Shown: positions 33,952-43,557, counted from the first letter of the stretch. The stretch is 64,000 bases of DNA from Deinococcus sp. (GCA_965261005.1 OZ253375.1:2592001-2656000); one strand, 5' to 3'. Made by a program: numbers and translations. The notes: generated from the sequence alone by a model not told the origin.

Positions 33952-35040
33952 GTGGCCGTCACCCCCGCCCAGCTGCGCGCCCACGCCCTGACGCGCTCGC
34001 TGCCGCCCAAAACCGACTTGATGGGCGCTGTTCTAGGCCTCGGCTACGTGCAGGCCGACCCGATCCGCGCGCCCGCGCGGGCGCAGGACCTGATTTTGAT
34101 GCAGCGGGTGCGCGGCTACAAGGCGGGCGATCTGGAGCGGCGCTACCCGCAGCTCGACCTCGAAGAGGAGCTGCTCCACAACTACGGCTTTGTGCCAAGG
34201 GAGGTGCGCGGCTTGCTCCATCCCCGCGCGGGGCGTGACCTCAGAATCCAGCGCGACGCGCCGGGCCTCACGGAGCGGGTGCTGGTCTTCGTGCGCGAAC
34301 GCGGCCCCGTTCACCCGCGCCAGTTGGACGCGTACTTCGGCAAGACCAGCGTGGGCAACGCTTGGGGCGGCACGTCCAGCGCCGGCACCCGCGCGCTGGA
34401 CGCCCTGCACTACGCGGGCCAGCTGCGGGTGGCGCGGCGCGAGGGGGGCGTCAAGGTGTTCGAGGTCGCGCCCCGCGCCGAGGAAGCGCTTTCCCCAGCT
34501 GAGCGGGCGAGGGCGCTTATCGAGCTGCTGCTGCGCCAATACGCGCCCTTGCCGCAGGCGAGCCTGGGCTATCTGGTCTCGCTGCTGACCAGCGGCGTGC
34601 CGCAGCTGAAAAGCGAGCTGAGGGGCGCCCTCAAGCAGATTGAGGCCGAGCGCGCGGTTGTGGACGGCGTGACGTACCTGTGGCCGGTGGGGGAGACCCC
34701 AGAGGGGGACGCGCCAAGCGGCAAGGTCCGCTTGCTGGCCCCCTTCGATCCCCTCGTGTGGGACCGCCGCCGCTTCGCCCACCTGCACGGCTGGACCTAC
34801 AAGTTCGAGGCGTACACCCCGGCGCACAAGCGGGTTCTGGGCTACTACGCGCTGCCGCTGCTGTGGGGCGAGCGCGCGGTCGGCTGGGCCAATCTGAAGG
34901 TGATCGGGGGAGCGTTGACGGCGCAGCTCGGCTTCGCGAACGGGCGACCGAAAACAAAAACGTTTGAGCGCGCCCTTGAGGCCGAACTGCTGCGCCACGC
35001 GGCCTTTTTGGGCGTGCCGCTGGGCGCCTCCGGGGGATGA
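33952..35040 (+). CDS. YcaQ/AlkZ-family (HTH_42) DNA crosslink-repair glycosylase
   Basis: YVQADPI..ARAQDLIL (QxD), LLAPFDPLVWDR.R, FEAYTP..KR..GYYALPLL. Confidence 0.85.
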   Translation: MAVTPAQLRAHALTRSLPPKTDLMGAVLGLGYVQADPIRAPARAQDLILMQRVRGYKAGDLERRYPQLDLEEELLHNYGFVPREVRGLLHPRAGRDLRIQRDAPGLTERVLVFVRERGPVHPRQLDAYFGKTSVGNAWGGTSSAGTRALDALHYAGQLRVARREGGVKVFEVAPRAEEALSPAERARALIELLLRQYAPLPQASLGYLVSLLTSGVPQLKSELRGALKQIEAERAVVDGVTYLWPVGETPEGDAPSGKVRLLAPFDPLVWDRRRFAHLHGWTYKFEAYTPAHKRVLGYYALPLLWGERAVGWANLKVIGGALTAQLGFANGRPKTKTFERALEAELLRHAAFLGVPLGASGG

Positions 35041-35093
35041 GAAGTTCGGGTGTAAGGAAGTTGTGAGCTTCGGGCGGATAAGCTGGCCCCCAT

Positions 35094-35408
35094 ATGAAGT
35101 ACGTTTTCGCGGAACCCACGACCATGACCCTGCGGGTCACCATCGGTGAGGTGACGCTGCGCCTCACCCCCGCCGACGCGCGGACCTTCGCCCACCTGCT
35201 GCGCCAGCCGCCCGCGTGCGGGCTGCTGTGGCGCGACGCCGCCGACGCGGCCCACCTGATCGAACTGCGCGCCGCGCCGGGGGGCACCGAGTTGCGTGAC
35301 CCCGGCGCGGCGGGGGGCGAGTGGATTCCCTGGCTGATCGCGGTGGACGTGGCCGGCGACATCACCGGCAGCTTGGGCGCCCTCAAGCTGGCCCACGCCT
35401 CGGATTGA
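35094..35408 (+). CDS. Hypothetical protein
   Basis: 104-aa ORF with a TAAGCT box 7 nt upstream; fills the intergenic gap. Confidence 0.5.
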   Translation: MKYVFAEPTTMTLRVTIGEVTLRLTPADARTFAHLLRQPPACGLLWRDAADAAHLIELRAAPGGTELRDPGAAGGEWIPWLIAVDVAGDITGSLGALKLAHASD

Positions 35409-35423
35409 AGCGCGCTTAACTTT

Positions 35424-36287
35424 TCAGTGGCGGGCGTCCAAAGGCTGCTGCCCGCCCGGCCAGGTGTCGCGCCGCCACGGGCTGTCCGGATGTTCGAGGA
35501 GCCAAGTCACGGCCTGCGCGTAGCGCTTGTGCATCTGCGCGCCCAACAGTCCGCCCGACTTCCAAAACTGCGCGCCGGCCAGAAAGCTGTGCCCGAACGC
35601 TTCCCAGCTTGAAAACGTGTCTTGGGCCAGCGCGGCGCAGTGCCGCAACACCCGCCAAGCCTCCTGCTCGCTGAGGTAGCCGAGCGCGTGCGCCTGCGCC
35701 GCGACGTCCACCGCCCGCGAGAAGTCAAAGGCCGCGCCGCCGGCCTCGCCAACTTGCCCTTCCCACCTGCGAACCACGTCCGCGAGGCGCTTGTTGAGCT
35801 GCGGCTCCCCATTTGCAAGCGCCCGCCGCACCCGCGTGTAGTTGGTACGGTGCCCGGTGTTCAGCAGCCAAGCGATCTTTTCCGTCGCGCTGGCGTGGTC
35901 GCTGACGTCCCAGCCGTCCGCCAGGCTCTTGCGAAGCTGCTCTTCTTGCCCCGCCGGAGGGGTCAGGCGGTAAAACAGGTCCAGCGCCCGCCCGTCCTCC
36001 GGCTGTGCGAAGAGGTCCAGCCAGATTTCGGTGAAGGGCGCGCGCAAGCCCAGCGCCAAGCGGTCCGCCGCCGTCAGCTGCGCGGCGGCCGTCTCAATGC
36101 GCGCTTCGCGCTCCACTTGCGCGCTCGCTTGTTCGCGCGCCCGCTCGGCGCGGGCGACCTTCTGCTCCGCCTTGGCGTCGTCCAGCCCCTCCTTTGCGCC
36201 CTCCGCCACCGCCTTGCCCGCCCACCACAAGACGGCGATGACAGCTACGACGACGACGGGAATGAGAAGCCGCAACACATTGTCCAT
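35424..36287 (-). CDS. DUF1266-like membrane-anchored protein
   Basis: N-terminal TM helix; L..GW.V, WLL..GHR, AFDF.R, F.SW..F..SFLAG..FW, L..P.SPW. Confidence 0.75.
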   Translation of the reverse strand: MDNVLRLLIPVVVVAVIAVLWWAGKAVAEGAKEGLDDAKAEQKVARAERAREQASAQVEREARIETAAAQLTAADRLALGLRAPFTEIWLDLFAQPEDGRALDLFYRLTPPAGQEEQLRKSLADGWDVSDHASATEKIAWLLNTGHRTNYTRVRRALANGEPQLNKRLADVVRRWEGQVGEAGGAAFDFSRAVDVAAQAHALGYLSEQEAWRVLRHCAALAQDTFSSWEAFGHSFLAGAQFWKSGGLLGAQMHKRYAQAVTWLLEHPDSPWRRDTWPGGQQPLDARH

Positions 36288-36329
36288 GTCTTAAGTTAAC
36301 ATGAGAATGTATAAAAGCCTTCCGGCCCT

Positions 36330-36932
36330 TCACAGCCAGCCCTTTTCGCGCGCCGTTCTGGCCGCCTCCACCCTGGTCTTGGCGCCCAGCTTTTGCAGCG
36401 CCTCCGACAGGTAGTTGCGCACGGTGCCCTCGGACAGGTTCAGCTGCTCGGCGATGTGCCCGCTGGTGTGGCCCGCCTCGGCCAGGCGCAGCACCTGGCG
36501 CTCGCGCTCGGTCAGGGGGTCATGCGCGTCCCAGGCTTCGCCGGCGAGTTCCGGGTCAATGGCGCGCCCGCCCGCGTTGACGCGCCGGATGGCGCCGGCG
36601 AGTTCGTCCGCCGGCGCGTCCTTGAGCAGGTAGCCGCGCGCCCCAACCTCCAGCGCCCGCCGCAGGTAGCCGGGCCGGGCGAAGGTCGTTAGGATTACCA
36701 CCCGCACGCTTGGCATACTTTCCCTGAGCCTCGCCGCCAAGTCCAGGCCCGACAAGCGCGGCATCTCGATGTCGGTCACGACCACGTCCGGCGCGAGCCG
36801 CGCGGCCAGCTCCAGCGCCTCCTCACCGTCCCCCGCCTGCCCCACCACCTCGATGTCCCCCTCCAATTGCAGCAGCGCGCTGAGGGCGCCCAGCACCATG
36901 CCCTGGTCCTCGGCGATCAGGACGCGGATCAA
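36330..36932 (-). CDS. DesR-like response regulator
   Basis: TTG start, IRVLIAEDQGMVLGAL, TTFARPGYL, LSEGTVRNYLS. Confidence 0.9.
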   Translation of the reverse strand: MIRVLIAEDQGMVLGALSALLQLEGDIEVVGQAGDGEEALELAARLAPDVVVTDIEMPRLSGLDLAARLRESMPSVRVVILTTFARPGYLRRALEVGARGYLLKDAPADELAGAIRRVNAGGRAIDPELAGEAWDAHDPLTERERQVLRLAEAGHTSGHIAEQLNLSEGTVRNYLSEALQKLGAKTRVEAARTAREKGWL

Positions 36933-38053
36933 GCCCGGACCTCCCGGATGTGCGGCTCGGTTTGGGGCACAACCTGGGGAAAGCGTGCCAGCAAGCGCGT
37001 GCCCGCCTCGCCCCCCCGCGCCAGCGTGCCGCCCACCGCACGCACCCGCTCGCGCATGCCGGTCAGGCCGGTGCCCTCGCGCGCCAAGCCGCCCACGCCG
37101 TTGTCGCTCACCTCCAGCTCGAAGTCGCCGCCCATACGCCCCAGCCGCACCTTGCAGCGCGTCGCCCCGGCGTGGCGCACCACGTTGGTGATGGCCTCGC
37201 GCAGCACCATCTCCATGGTCGCCTCGATGGGCCTGGGCAAGTCCAGCACCTCGCCGTCGTACTCCAGCGCGACGCTCGCCGCGTCGAGGGCCACCTTGGC
37301 GCGCCCGAGTTCGGAGGCAAGGCCGCTGCCCCGGTAGCCGCGCACGGCGGCGCGCACCTCCGAGAGGGCCTCGCGCGAGATGCGCTCCACCTCGCGGATT
37401 TCCTGGGCCGCCCGCGCAGGGTCGCGCGCCGAGAGCTTGGACGCCAGCTCGCTCTTGAGGACGATCACGCTGAGGGTGTGTCCCAACAGGTCGTGGAGAT
37501 CGCGCCCGATGCGCTCGCGCTCGGCGAGCTGAGCCAGCTTCTCCTTTTCGAGCTGGCTGACCCGCAGCCTCTCGTTGGCGACGAAGCGCTTGTGCGAAGC
37601 GAAGTTGGCGTACCAGCCGACCAGGGCGAAGGCGATGTACGGGACGACTTCCCAGAAGGGCACGCCGCGTCCGAACCAGACGGGCGCCATCATGGCGCTC
37701 AGACACAAAAACAGTCCCCAGCCGGCCACGACAATGCTCTCGGTGGCGCCGATCAGGGAGGCGGCGTAGATGGGAAAGGTGACGCCGCTCATGCCGACGA
37801 CCGGATAGCCCAGCGCGAACAGCGCCAGACACAGCACAAAGCCGCCCACCTTCCAGCGCAGATCGTCTTGCCGGCTCCACAAAAAGGCGCGCGTGTAGAT
37901 CAGCAAAAAGAGCGTAAGGCACAGGCCGGCGGCGACGTTCACGGCGGCGGGGCGCGGTTTGCTCAGGAACTCCGCGATGGGGAAGAACAGGTAGACCAAG
38001 AACACCAGCGGGAAGAAGTCCCAAAAGGTCCATGTGTGCGCCCGTGTTCTCAT
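36929..38053 (-). CDS. DesK-like sensor histidine kinase (HisKA_3)
   Basis: TM region; ERERIGRDLHDLLGHTLS; REAITNVVRH; DNGVG; G.GL.GM.ER. Confidence 0.92.
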   Translation of the reverse strand: MRTRAHTWTFWDFFPLVFLVYLFFPIAEFLSKPRPAAVNVAAGLCLTLFLLIYTRAFLWSRQDDLRWKVGGFVLCLALFALGYPVVGMSGVTFPIYAASLIGATESIVVAGWGLFLCLSAMMAPVWFGRGVPFWEVVPYIAFALVGWYANFASHKRFVANERLRVSQLEKEKLAQLAERERIGRDLHDLLGHTLSVIVLKSELASKLSARDPARAAQEIREVERISREALSEVRAAVRGYRGSGLASELGRAKVALDAASVALEYDGEVLDLPRPIEATMEMVLREAITNVVRHAGATRCKVRLGRMGGDFELEVSDNGVGGLAREGTGLTGMRERVRAVGGTLARGGEAGTRLLARFPQVVPQTEPHIREVRA

Positions 38054-38118
38054 CCGGTTTGCCCCCTTTCCAGTCTACAGCGGACCCGCGCTGGGCGGGT
38101 CCGCGTGAGGCTCTTTCC

Positions 38119-38916
38119 TCAGTTGAAACGCTTGTCCTCGGCGCGCTTGTAGGCCCACAGCGCCAGGACCAGGAACAGCGCGCCGTAGCCGAGCAGCCAC
38201 AGCCAGTGGCTCTCCTCGCTGCCACCCTGCGGGGCGCCAATGGTGCTCCAGCCGATCTGGGCGAAGTGGTAGACCGGGGAGTAGGGGGCCAGCTCGCGGA
38301 TGAACTGTGGCGCCTGCGACAGCGGGATAAAGAGACCCGACATAAAGGAGAGCGGGATAAACAGGAGTTGCGCGACTACGGCGGCCGAGGTTGGGTTGGC
38401 GGCGAAGCCGATGAAGAGGCCCAGCAGCACCAGCGGCACCATGCCCAGGAGCAACTTGAGAATGGCGAGAACCAGCACCGGGAAGTCGAAGCGCACCCCG
38501 CCGACCAGGAAGGCAAAGGCGACCAGCACCAGGATGGCGAGCAGGCCGATCAAGAGTCCCGCCGCGATCTTGGCCGCGAAGTAGGCGGCGGGCGGCGTGG
38601 GGGCCACCCGCAGCAGCCGGGTCCAGCCCATGCCGCGCTCGGCGGCCACGCTGACGCCGAAGGAGAACAGCGCCACCGACAGCAGCGAGTAGGCCGAGTA
38701 CGAAATCACGAAGTACTGCCCGACGCCGACCTGGCCGATGCTCTCCTTGACGTAGGGCAGCGCGAACATGGCGAAGAAGACGGTTGGAAACAGCACCGTT
38801 CCCAGCATGAACATGGGGTTGCGCGCCAGCTTCAGGAGTTCGCAGCGGGCGAGCGCGAGGGTGGCGCTCAGGGGAGAGCGCGTCGTGGGCAGGGGGGTCT
38901 GAACGGTGGTCGTCAT
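38119..38916 (-). CDS. ABC-2 transporter permease
   Basis: Six TM segments; ER..GW..LLR..P; P..F.SGLF.P. Confidence 0.88.
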   Translation of the reverse strand: MTTTVQTPLPTTRSPLSATLALARCELLKLARNPMFMLGTVLFPTVFFAMFALPYVKESIGQVGVGQYFVISYSAYSLLSVALFSFGVSVAAERGMGWTRLLRVAPTPPAAYFAAKIAAGLLIGLLAILVLVAFAFLVGGVRFDFPVLVLAILKLLLGMVPLVLLGLFIGFAANPTSAAVVAQLLFIPLSFMSGLFIPLSQAPQFIRELAPYSPVYHFAQIGWSTIGAPQGGSEESHWLWLLGYGALFLVLALWAYKRAEDKRFN

Positions 38917-38938
38917 GATGGGTCTCCTTGGGTGGGAT

Positions 38939-39847
38939 TTACGCTTGGACGCTGGATTTGTTTGTCAGGCTGAGGAAGGCTTCTTCTAGGCTGGCGCGGG
39001 TCACGGTCAGGTCATTTATTTCTGATCCCCGCCCGAAGACGTGGGCGAGCAGCGCCTCGGGCGTCTTGGTGTGCAGGGTGGCGCCCGCTCCTTCGGTCTC
39101 GACGCGGGTGACGCCGGGCAGCGCCTGCAACTCGGCCAAGCCCAGGTTGCTGCGGAAATGCACCTTGGAGGTCTCGACGCGCGCCTTGATGGTTCCCGGC
39201 GACCCCTCGGCGATCAGCTGCCCCCCTGCAATCACGGCCACCCGGTCGGCGACGCGCTCGGCCTCTTCGAGATAGTGGGTGGTCAGGATGATGGTCTTGC
39301 TGCGCGCTTTGAAGTCCTCTATCGCCTCCCAAAAGGCGGCCCGGCTGCCGGTGTCCATCGCGGTGGTCGGCTCGTCCAGAAACAGCAGCTCCGGGTCGCC
39401 GCAGATGGCGAGGGCGAAGCTCAGCCGGCGGCGCTGGCCCCCCGACAGCCGGGCGCTCAGCTTGTCCGCCTCCCCGGTCAGGCCGGCCAACTCCAGCACC
39501 CGCCCCGCCGGCAGCGGGCGGGCGTACAAGCTGGAAAACAGCCCGACCAGCTCGCGCACTTTTAAGGTGGCGGGCAAATCGCTTTCCTGAAGCATCGCCC
39601 CGAGCTGCGCGCGGGCGGCGCTGTCCCTGGGATCGCGGCCGAAGACGCGCACCGTTCCGGTGCTGGGCGGCAGCAGGCCCAGCATCAGCGAGATGGCGGT
39701 CGTCTTGCCCGCGCCGTTGGGACCGAGCAGCGCCAGCAGCTCGCCGCGCCGGACGTGCAAGCTGAGCTGGGTCAGGGCGGGCGCGCCGCCGTAGCGCTTG
39801 CTCACGTTCTTCAGGACGACCGGCTCCGAAAGGGTTGGGGTATGCAT
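38939..39847 (-). CDS. ABC transporter ATP-binding protein
   Basis: GPNGAGKTT, LSGGQ, LFLDEPT, TTHYLEE. Confidence 0.93.
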   Translation of the reverse strand: MHTPTLSEPVVLKNVSKRYGGAPALTQLSLHVRRGELLALLGPNGAGKTTAISLMLGLLPPSTGTVRVFGRDPRDSAARAQLGAMLQESDLPATLKVRELVGLFSSLYARPLPAGRVLELAGLTGEADKLSARLSGGQRRRLSFALAICGDPELLFLDEPTTAMDTGSRAAFWEAIEDFKARSKTIILTTHYLEEAERVADRVAVIAGGQLIAEGSPGTIKARVETSKVHFRSNLGLAELQALPGVTRVETEGAGATLHTKTPEALLAHVFGRGSEINDLTVTRASLEEAFLSLTNKSSVQA

Positions 39848-39879
39848 GCCCTCAGCTTAGAAAGCGGCCCCGAAACCTG

Positions 39880-39922
39880 GCAGTGCCGCCCGTCATGCCC
39901 GGCGGGTGACAAGCGTCATGCG
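39880..39922 (-). promoter_or_regulatory. Putative DesR-family operator (ATGAC/GTCA repeats) upstream of the ABC-TCS operon
   Basis: Minus strand CATGACGCTTGTCACCCGCCGGGCATGACG, upstream of a TAAGCT -10 box. Confidence 0.5.
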
Positions 39923-39986
39923 CCCGCCCGCGCCCTTGAAGCTTGGCGTCCCAAGCTGCTACACTCGTCCCCGGCCCGAAAAGCGG

Positions 39987-40063
<77 letters not shown>

Positions 40064-40065
<2 letters not shown>

Positions 40066-40096
40066 CAACCCCGTCTAGGACGGGGTTGTTGCTTTT
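40064..40096 (+). terminator. Intrinsic terminator after the tRNA
   Basis: AACAACCCCGTC-TAG-GACGGGGTTGTT stem followed by GCTTTT. Confidence 0.75.
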
Positions 40097-40155
40097 GGGC
40101 CAAGTGTCACAACCGTCCGTTTTGCTCGAATCGTCACAACCGCGTCACAACTAGC

Positions 40156-41321
40156 TCAATTTGCCGCCCTGGGCTGAGGCGCCGGCCCGTACAAATCTGC
40201 CGCGCTGGGTGCGTATTCGCGGCGGTGTTCATCCCAGACATGGGCATATTCGCGCAGGGTAAAGCCGGGGTCGGCGTGGCCCAGGATGTCAGCGACCAGC
40301 TTTGTCGTGTAGCCGCGCCGAATCATAGCCGTGGCCGCCGTGTGCCGCATGTCGTGAAGCCGGATGGGGGCAAGTCTGCCTGGCCGCTGAGGGTTAGAAA
40401 GAGCCGGCGAATGTTGGAGTTGATAAGCGGCGTGCCAAGCTCGGAGACGAATACCAGGCCGCTGTCCTGCCATCCCGCGCCCAGCGCGTCCCGTTCCGCC
40501 TGTTGCCGGGCGTGGTGCGCCCTCAGCACGTCCACAGTGGACGGAGACAGGTGAATCGAACGCCGTGATGCCCGGCTCTTGGGCGGCCCAAAGCTGAGCT
40601 TCCCCTGTATCTCGGTTGCCGTCTGCCGCACCTGAAGCGCGGCCTTGTCAAAATCAACGTCTTGCCAGCGCAAGCCCTGAAGCTCGCCGCAACGCATCCC
40701 AGTAATCAGTGCGAGGTGAAAGAGGGCGTACAGCCGGTGAGGCTGGACATGGGCCAGAAAGCGCGCCACTTGGCCCGGCTCCCACACCTTCATTTCCTTC
40801 TTTTCTACCTTGGGGGCGTCTACTACGGCCACAAGATTACGCGGCAACATCTGCCACTTGACGGCCTGCCCCAGCGCGAGGCCCAGAATGGTCCGGGTAC
40901 GCCTTGCCTCACTGGCGCTGACCCCGGCGCCCACCTTACGAAGCATCTGTTCAATGTCTAGGGCGCGTAGCTTGTCGAGCTGCAAGCGGCCCAGCGCGGG
41001 CTTGAGGCGCTTCTCTATAGAGCGCGCATAATCGTCTACGCTCTTGGGCTTGAGCTGGCCGCGCTTGTGATCTAGCCACTGATCGAGGTACTGGGCGACG
41101 GTCAGGCCGTCCGTCTTGGCGAGCGTGCCGCGCTGAAGGTCGCTCACCACCCGCTGCATTCCCTCACGCGCCTCATCCTGAGTCTTGCCGCTCACCCATA
41201 CACGGTCGGGCGTGCCGTCCGGCTTCATGCCCACCGTCACGGCCGCGCGCCAGCTTACCGTCTTGCCGCTCTTGTCCTTGCGCCGGCTGATGGTGCCTTC
41301 CCCGTTCGCCCGCTTCCCCAT
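40156..41321 (-). pseudogene. Tyrosine integrase with a frameshift at a G5 run (40366-40370)
   Basis: MGKRANGEGTI..TGMR.GE in one frame; IRLHDMRHTAAT..LGH....TL..Y.H in another; one extra C restores ADLPPIRLHDMRH. Confidence 0.88.
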
Positions 41322-41335
41322 GTCTTACTCCCCTA

Positions 41336-41388
41336 CACGCACAGACACGGCGAGGCGAAGTGCCTTCGCCTCGCCGTGTCTGTGCGTG
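41336..41388. repeat. Perfect 25-bp-arm hairpin upstream of the integrase
   Basis: CACGCACAGACACGGCGAGGCGAAG-TGC-CTTCGCCTCGCCGTGTCTGTGCGTG. Confidence 0.9.
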
Positions 41389-41492
41389 CTGAGGCTGCTG
41401 TGTGACCTTGTACGGTTCTGACTGGGCATGGTATACTCCTTTTACAAACGGCTTCGGCCTCGCCCCCTGTCTGTGTGACAGGGGGCAAACAT

Positions 41493-41885
41493 TTAGGGGC
41501 GGAACAGCGCCGCCACACCCTCACAGATCGCCGCGAAGTCTGTATGTGGCGCCATGCCGTCCTTGCGAATGAGCCGCCGCGCGTCAAGCGCGCGCACCTG
41601 GGAAAGCAGGGCAACGCTGACCCGCCCGGTTTTATAGCTGAATGGGTGGTAGAACGCCCCGCGCTTGTCCGTTGTAGAGAGTGGCACGCCGTAGAAGAAT
41701 CGCGCATTGAACTTTCGCGCGATCAACACGGGCCGCGCGTACTCTGGCCCCTTGCCATCTTCCTCAAAGCCGATGTTGACGCCAAGCGCCGCCCACCATA
41801 CTTCACGCTCGTGGAAGTACGGTGGGGGCACGGCGTCCGCATCACGCCTCTGCTTCACCACCTCCCATCCGGCAAAGTCCTTCAC
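41493..41885 (-). CDS. PemK/MazF-family toxin
   Basis: EVWW..LGVNIG.EEDGKG....RPVLI, VPLST, LSQVR.LD..RL. Confidence 0.85.
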   Translation of the reverse strand: MKDFAGWEVVKQRRDADAVPPPYFHEREVWWAALGVNIGFEEDGKGPEYARPVLIARKFNARFFYGVPLSTTDKRGAFYHPFSYKTGRVSVALLSQVRALDARRLIRKDGMAPHTDFAAICEGVAALFRP

Positions 41886-42106
41886 GCTCCAGCGCCCTCA
41901 TCGCCGCGTGGCTGTGTCGTCAATTCAAGCTCAAGGGCGTCAAGGATGGCTTGCCAGATGGGAGGCACGCTTCCGCCCCGCTGCCCCCCGTTTAAGGCGC
42001 GCGTGACCTCTTGTGGGGTGCGCTCTATCAGCCGCGCAAGGTCGGCGCGCGAAAGGTTTTTAGCCTGTAGACGGGCGTTCACCGCCGCTCGAATCTCGGG
42101 ATTCAT
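41882..42106 (-). CDS. Xre-type HTH putative antitoxin
   Basis: LSRADLARLI..TPQEVTRALNG; GTGA-coupled to the toxin; TAAGAT box 7 nt before ATG 42106. Confidence 0.75.
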   Translation of the reverse strand: MNPEIRAAVNARLQAKNLSRADLARLIERTPQEVTRALNGGQRGGSVPPIWQAILDALELELTTQPRGDEGAGA

Positions 42107-42248
42107 AATTGCCATCTTAGCACAATAGGCTAATTAGCACAAAGCGCTTGTAATATTAGCCAAATGTGGTAATATAAAAGCACCAAAGAAGGGGCCACGC
42201 CCTGAGAAAGCAAGCCCCTTCTTTGAGTCCCCTCAGTAGGAGAAGAAC

Positions 42249-42587
42249 ATGAAACAGGATACCAGCACGCCCCGCCCCTTCAGCCTTCCCCACACCGGCA
42301 TCGTCTTTGACAACCGGATCACCGGCGAGCGCGCCGAAGTTACTGCTGACGGTGTGGCCCTCTACTGCGAAGGCACGGGCAGCCCTGAAGAGGTTGTGAC
42401 CGTCACCCGTGGCCGCGCGCTGTGCTGGACTCTGAAGGTCCGCGAGGCGATGGCCTATGACCTCTACGGCTTTCTCTTCGGCACGTTGGGCTTGACCCTT
42501 CACAAAGAACTGAACTTGGGCCAGTACGGCCTGTTCGCCATCACTGAGTACCAGCCCGCCGCCGAACTGGCCCAGGCCGCCGACTGA
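42249..42587 (+). CDS. Hypothetical protein
   Basis: AGGAG RBS, intact ORF, followed by a hairpin terminator at about 42607-42635. Confidence 0.65.
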   Translation: MKQDTSTPRPFSLPHTGIVFDNRITGERAEVTADGVALYCEGTGSPEEVVTVTRGRALCWTLKVREAMAYDLYGFLFGTLGLTLHKELNLGQYGLFAITEYQPAAELAQAAD

Positions 42588-42651
42588 GAGACGGGCCGTG
42601 ACAGGACACCCCGGCGAAGCTGGCCGGGGTGTTTTGCGGATAGTGCGGACC

Positions 42652-42879
42652 CTATAAAAAAAGGGCAGCACGCGCCATCTCTTCTTCGAGTGCCCGCAAG
42701 CGCGCCATAGCGTAGACTTCACTTCGCCACATCCGCTCAGCAACCCGCCGCGCCGTCTCTTCGCCCCCCTCTTCGGCCACGATGTCAAGCACCGTCAGCA
42801 CAACGCTCACCACGTCAGAGAGCGTAATACGCGACGCCTCCAACTTCTCCAGCTTCTCCAAGCGCCGCCTAACGCTCAT
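42652..42879 (-). CDS. Small protein with an N-terminal RLxxLE motif (copy 4)
   Basis: MSVRRRLEKLEKLEA...; GAGGGA RBS. Confidence 0.65.
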   Translation of the reverse strand: MSVRRRLEKLEKLEASRITLSDVVSVVLTVLDIVAEEGGEETARRVAERMWRSEVYAMARLRALEEEMARAALFL

Positions 42880-43093
42880 ACCGTCCCTCACGCTCTACCT
42901 GGGCCAGCACCTCGCCGGCCCGCTGGGCGACCACGCGCCAGCCCACACGCGCCGCCGTCGCCTCGCCCGCCTCTACGCCTACCACGCCCAGCATGTCCCG
43001 CACAAATGCCAGCAGCTCAGCGCGTGGGACGTGCGAGGCCCGCCATGCGCGCCGGGCCGCCTCCAGCTTCTCTAGTCGCCGCTTCACGCTCAC
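42869..43093 (-). CDS. Small protein with an N-terminal RLxxLE motif (copy 3)
   Basis: MSVKRRLEKLEAARR...; GTGA coupling. Confidence 0.65.
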   Translation of the reverse strand: MSVKRRLEKLEAARRAWRASHVPRAELLAFVRDMLGVVGVEAGEATAARVGWRVVAQRAGEVLAQVEREGRYER

Positions 43094-43557
43094 GGCAACA
43101 CCTCGCCCAACACGCGAACGTGTTCATGCAAGAACGCCCACAAGCCCGCCGCATACCGCGCCGCCCTGAGTTGGGGACAGTCCGGCGCCTCACTCGCCGC
43201 CCGCCAGCTATCGCGCGTCCCCGCGAGGTGCGCCGCCGCGCCCACCGGCGCCGGTTGGGGGGTGCCCACGTTCTCCCACACGTCCGTCAGCCAACGGTGT
43301 AAGTCGGGCGGGACTTCATCGAACGGGCCGCTGCGGGCCACCTGCCACGCTTCGAGTTCGGCCAGCTCACGTTTGCACGCCTCGCCGTCTGTGCGGCGGT
43401 CCCAGTCGAGTACGGCGTCTATTTCGGCCGGTGAAAGGCCCATGCTGGCCTCTTCTGTCAGCCACGCCCACTGTCTCGCCAGCGCCTCACGCCGGGCCGC
43501 TTCACGCGCCTCAAGCTGCCCCAGGCGGTGCCAGTGCCGGCCGCGCTCAGATGCCAC
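43090..43557 (-). CDS. Protein with an N-terminal RLxxLE motif (copy 2)
   Basis: MASERGRHWHRLGQLEARE...; overlaps both neighbours. Confidence 0.6.
   Translation of the reverse strand: MASERGRHWHRLGQLEAREAARREALARQWAWLTEEASMGLSPAEIDAVLDWDRRTDGEACKRELAELEAWQVARSGPFDEVPPDLHRWLTDVWENVGTPQPAPVGAAAHLAGTRDSWRAASEAPDCPQLRAARYAAGLWAFLHEHVRVLGEVLP

Noticed and set aside
36330..38240. 636-aa ORF suggesting a fused regulator
   Set aside because: Only the last 200 codons (TTG 36932) form the response regulator; the rest overlaps the kinase out of frame
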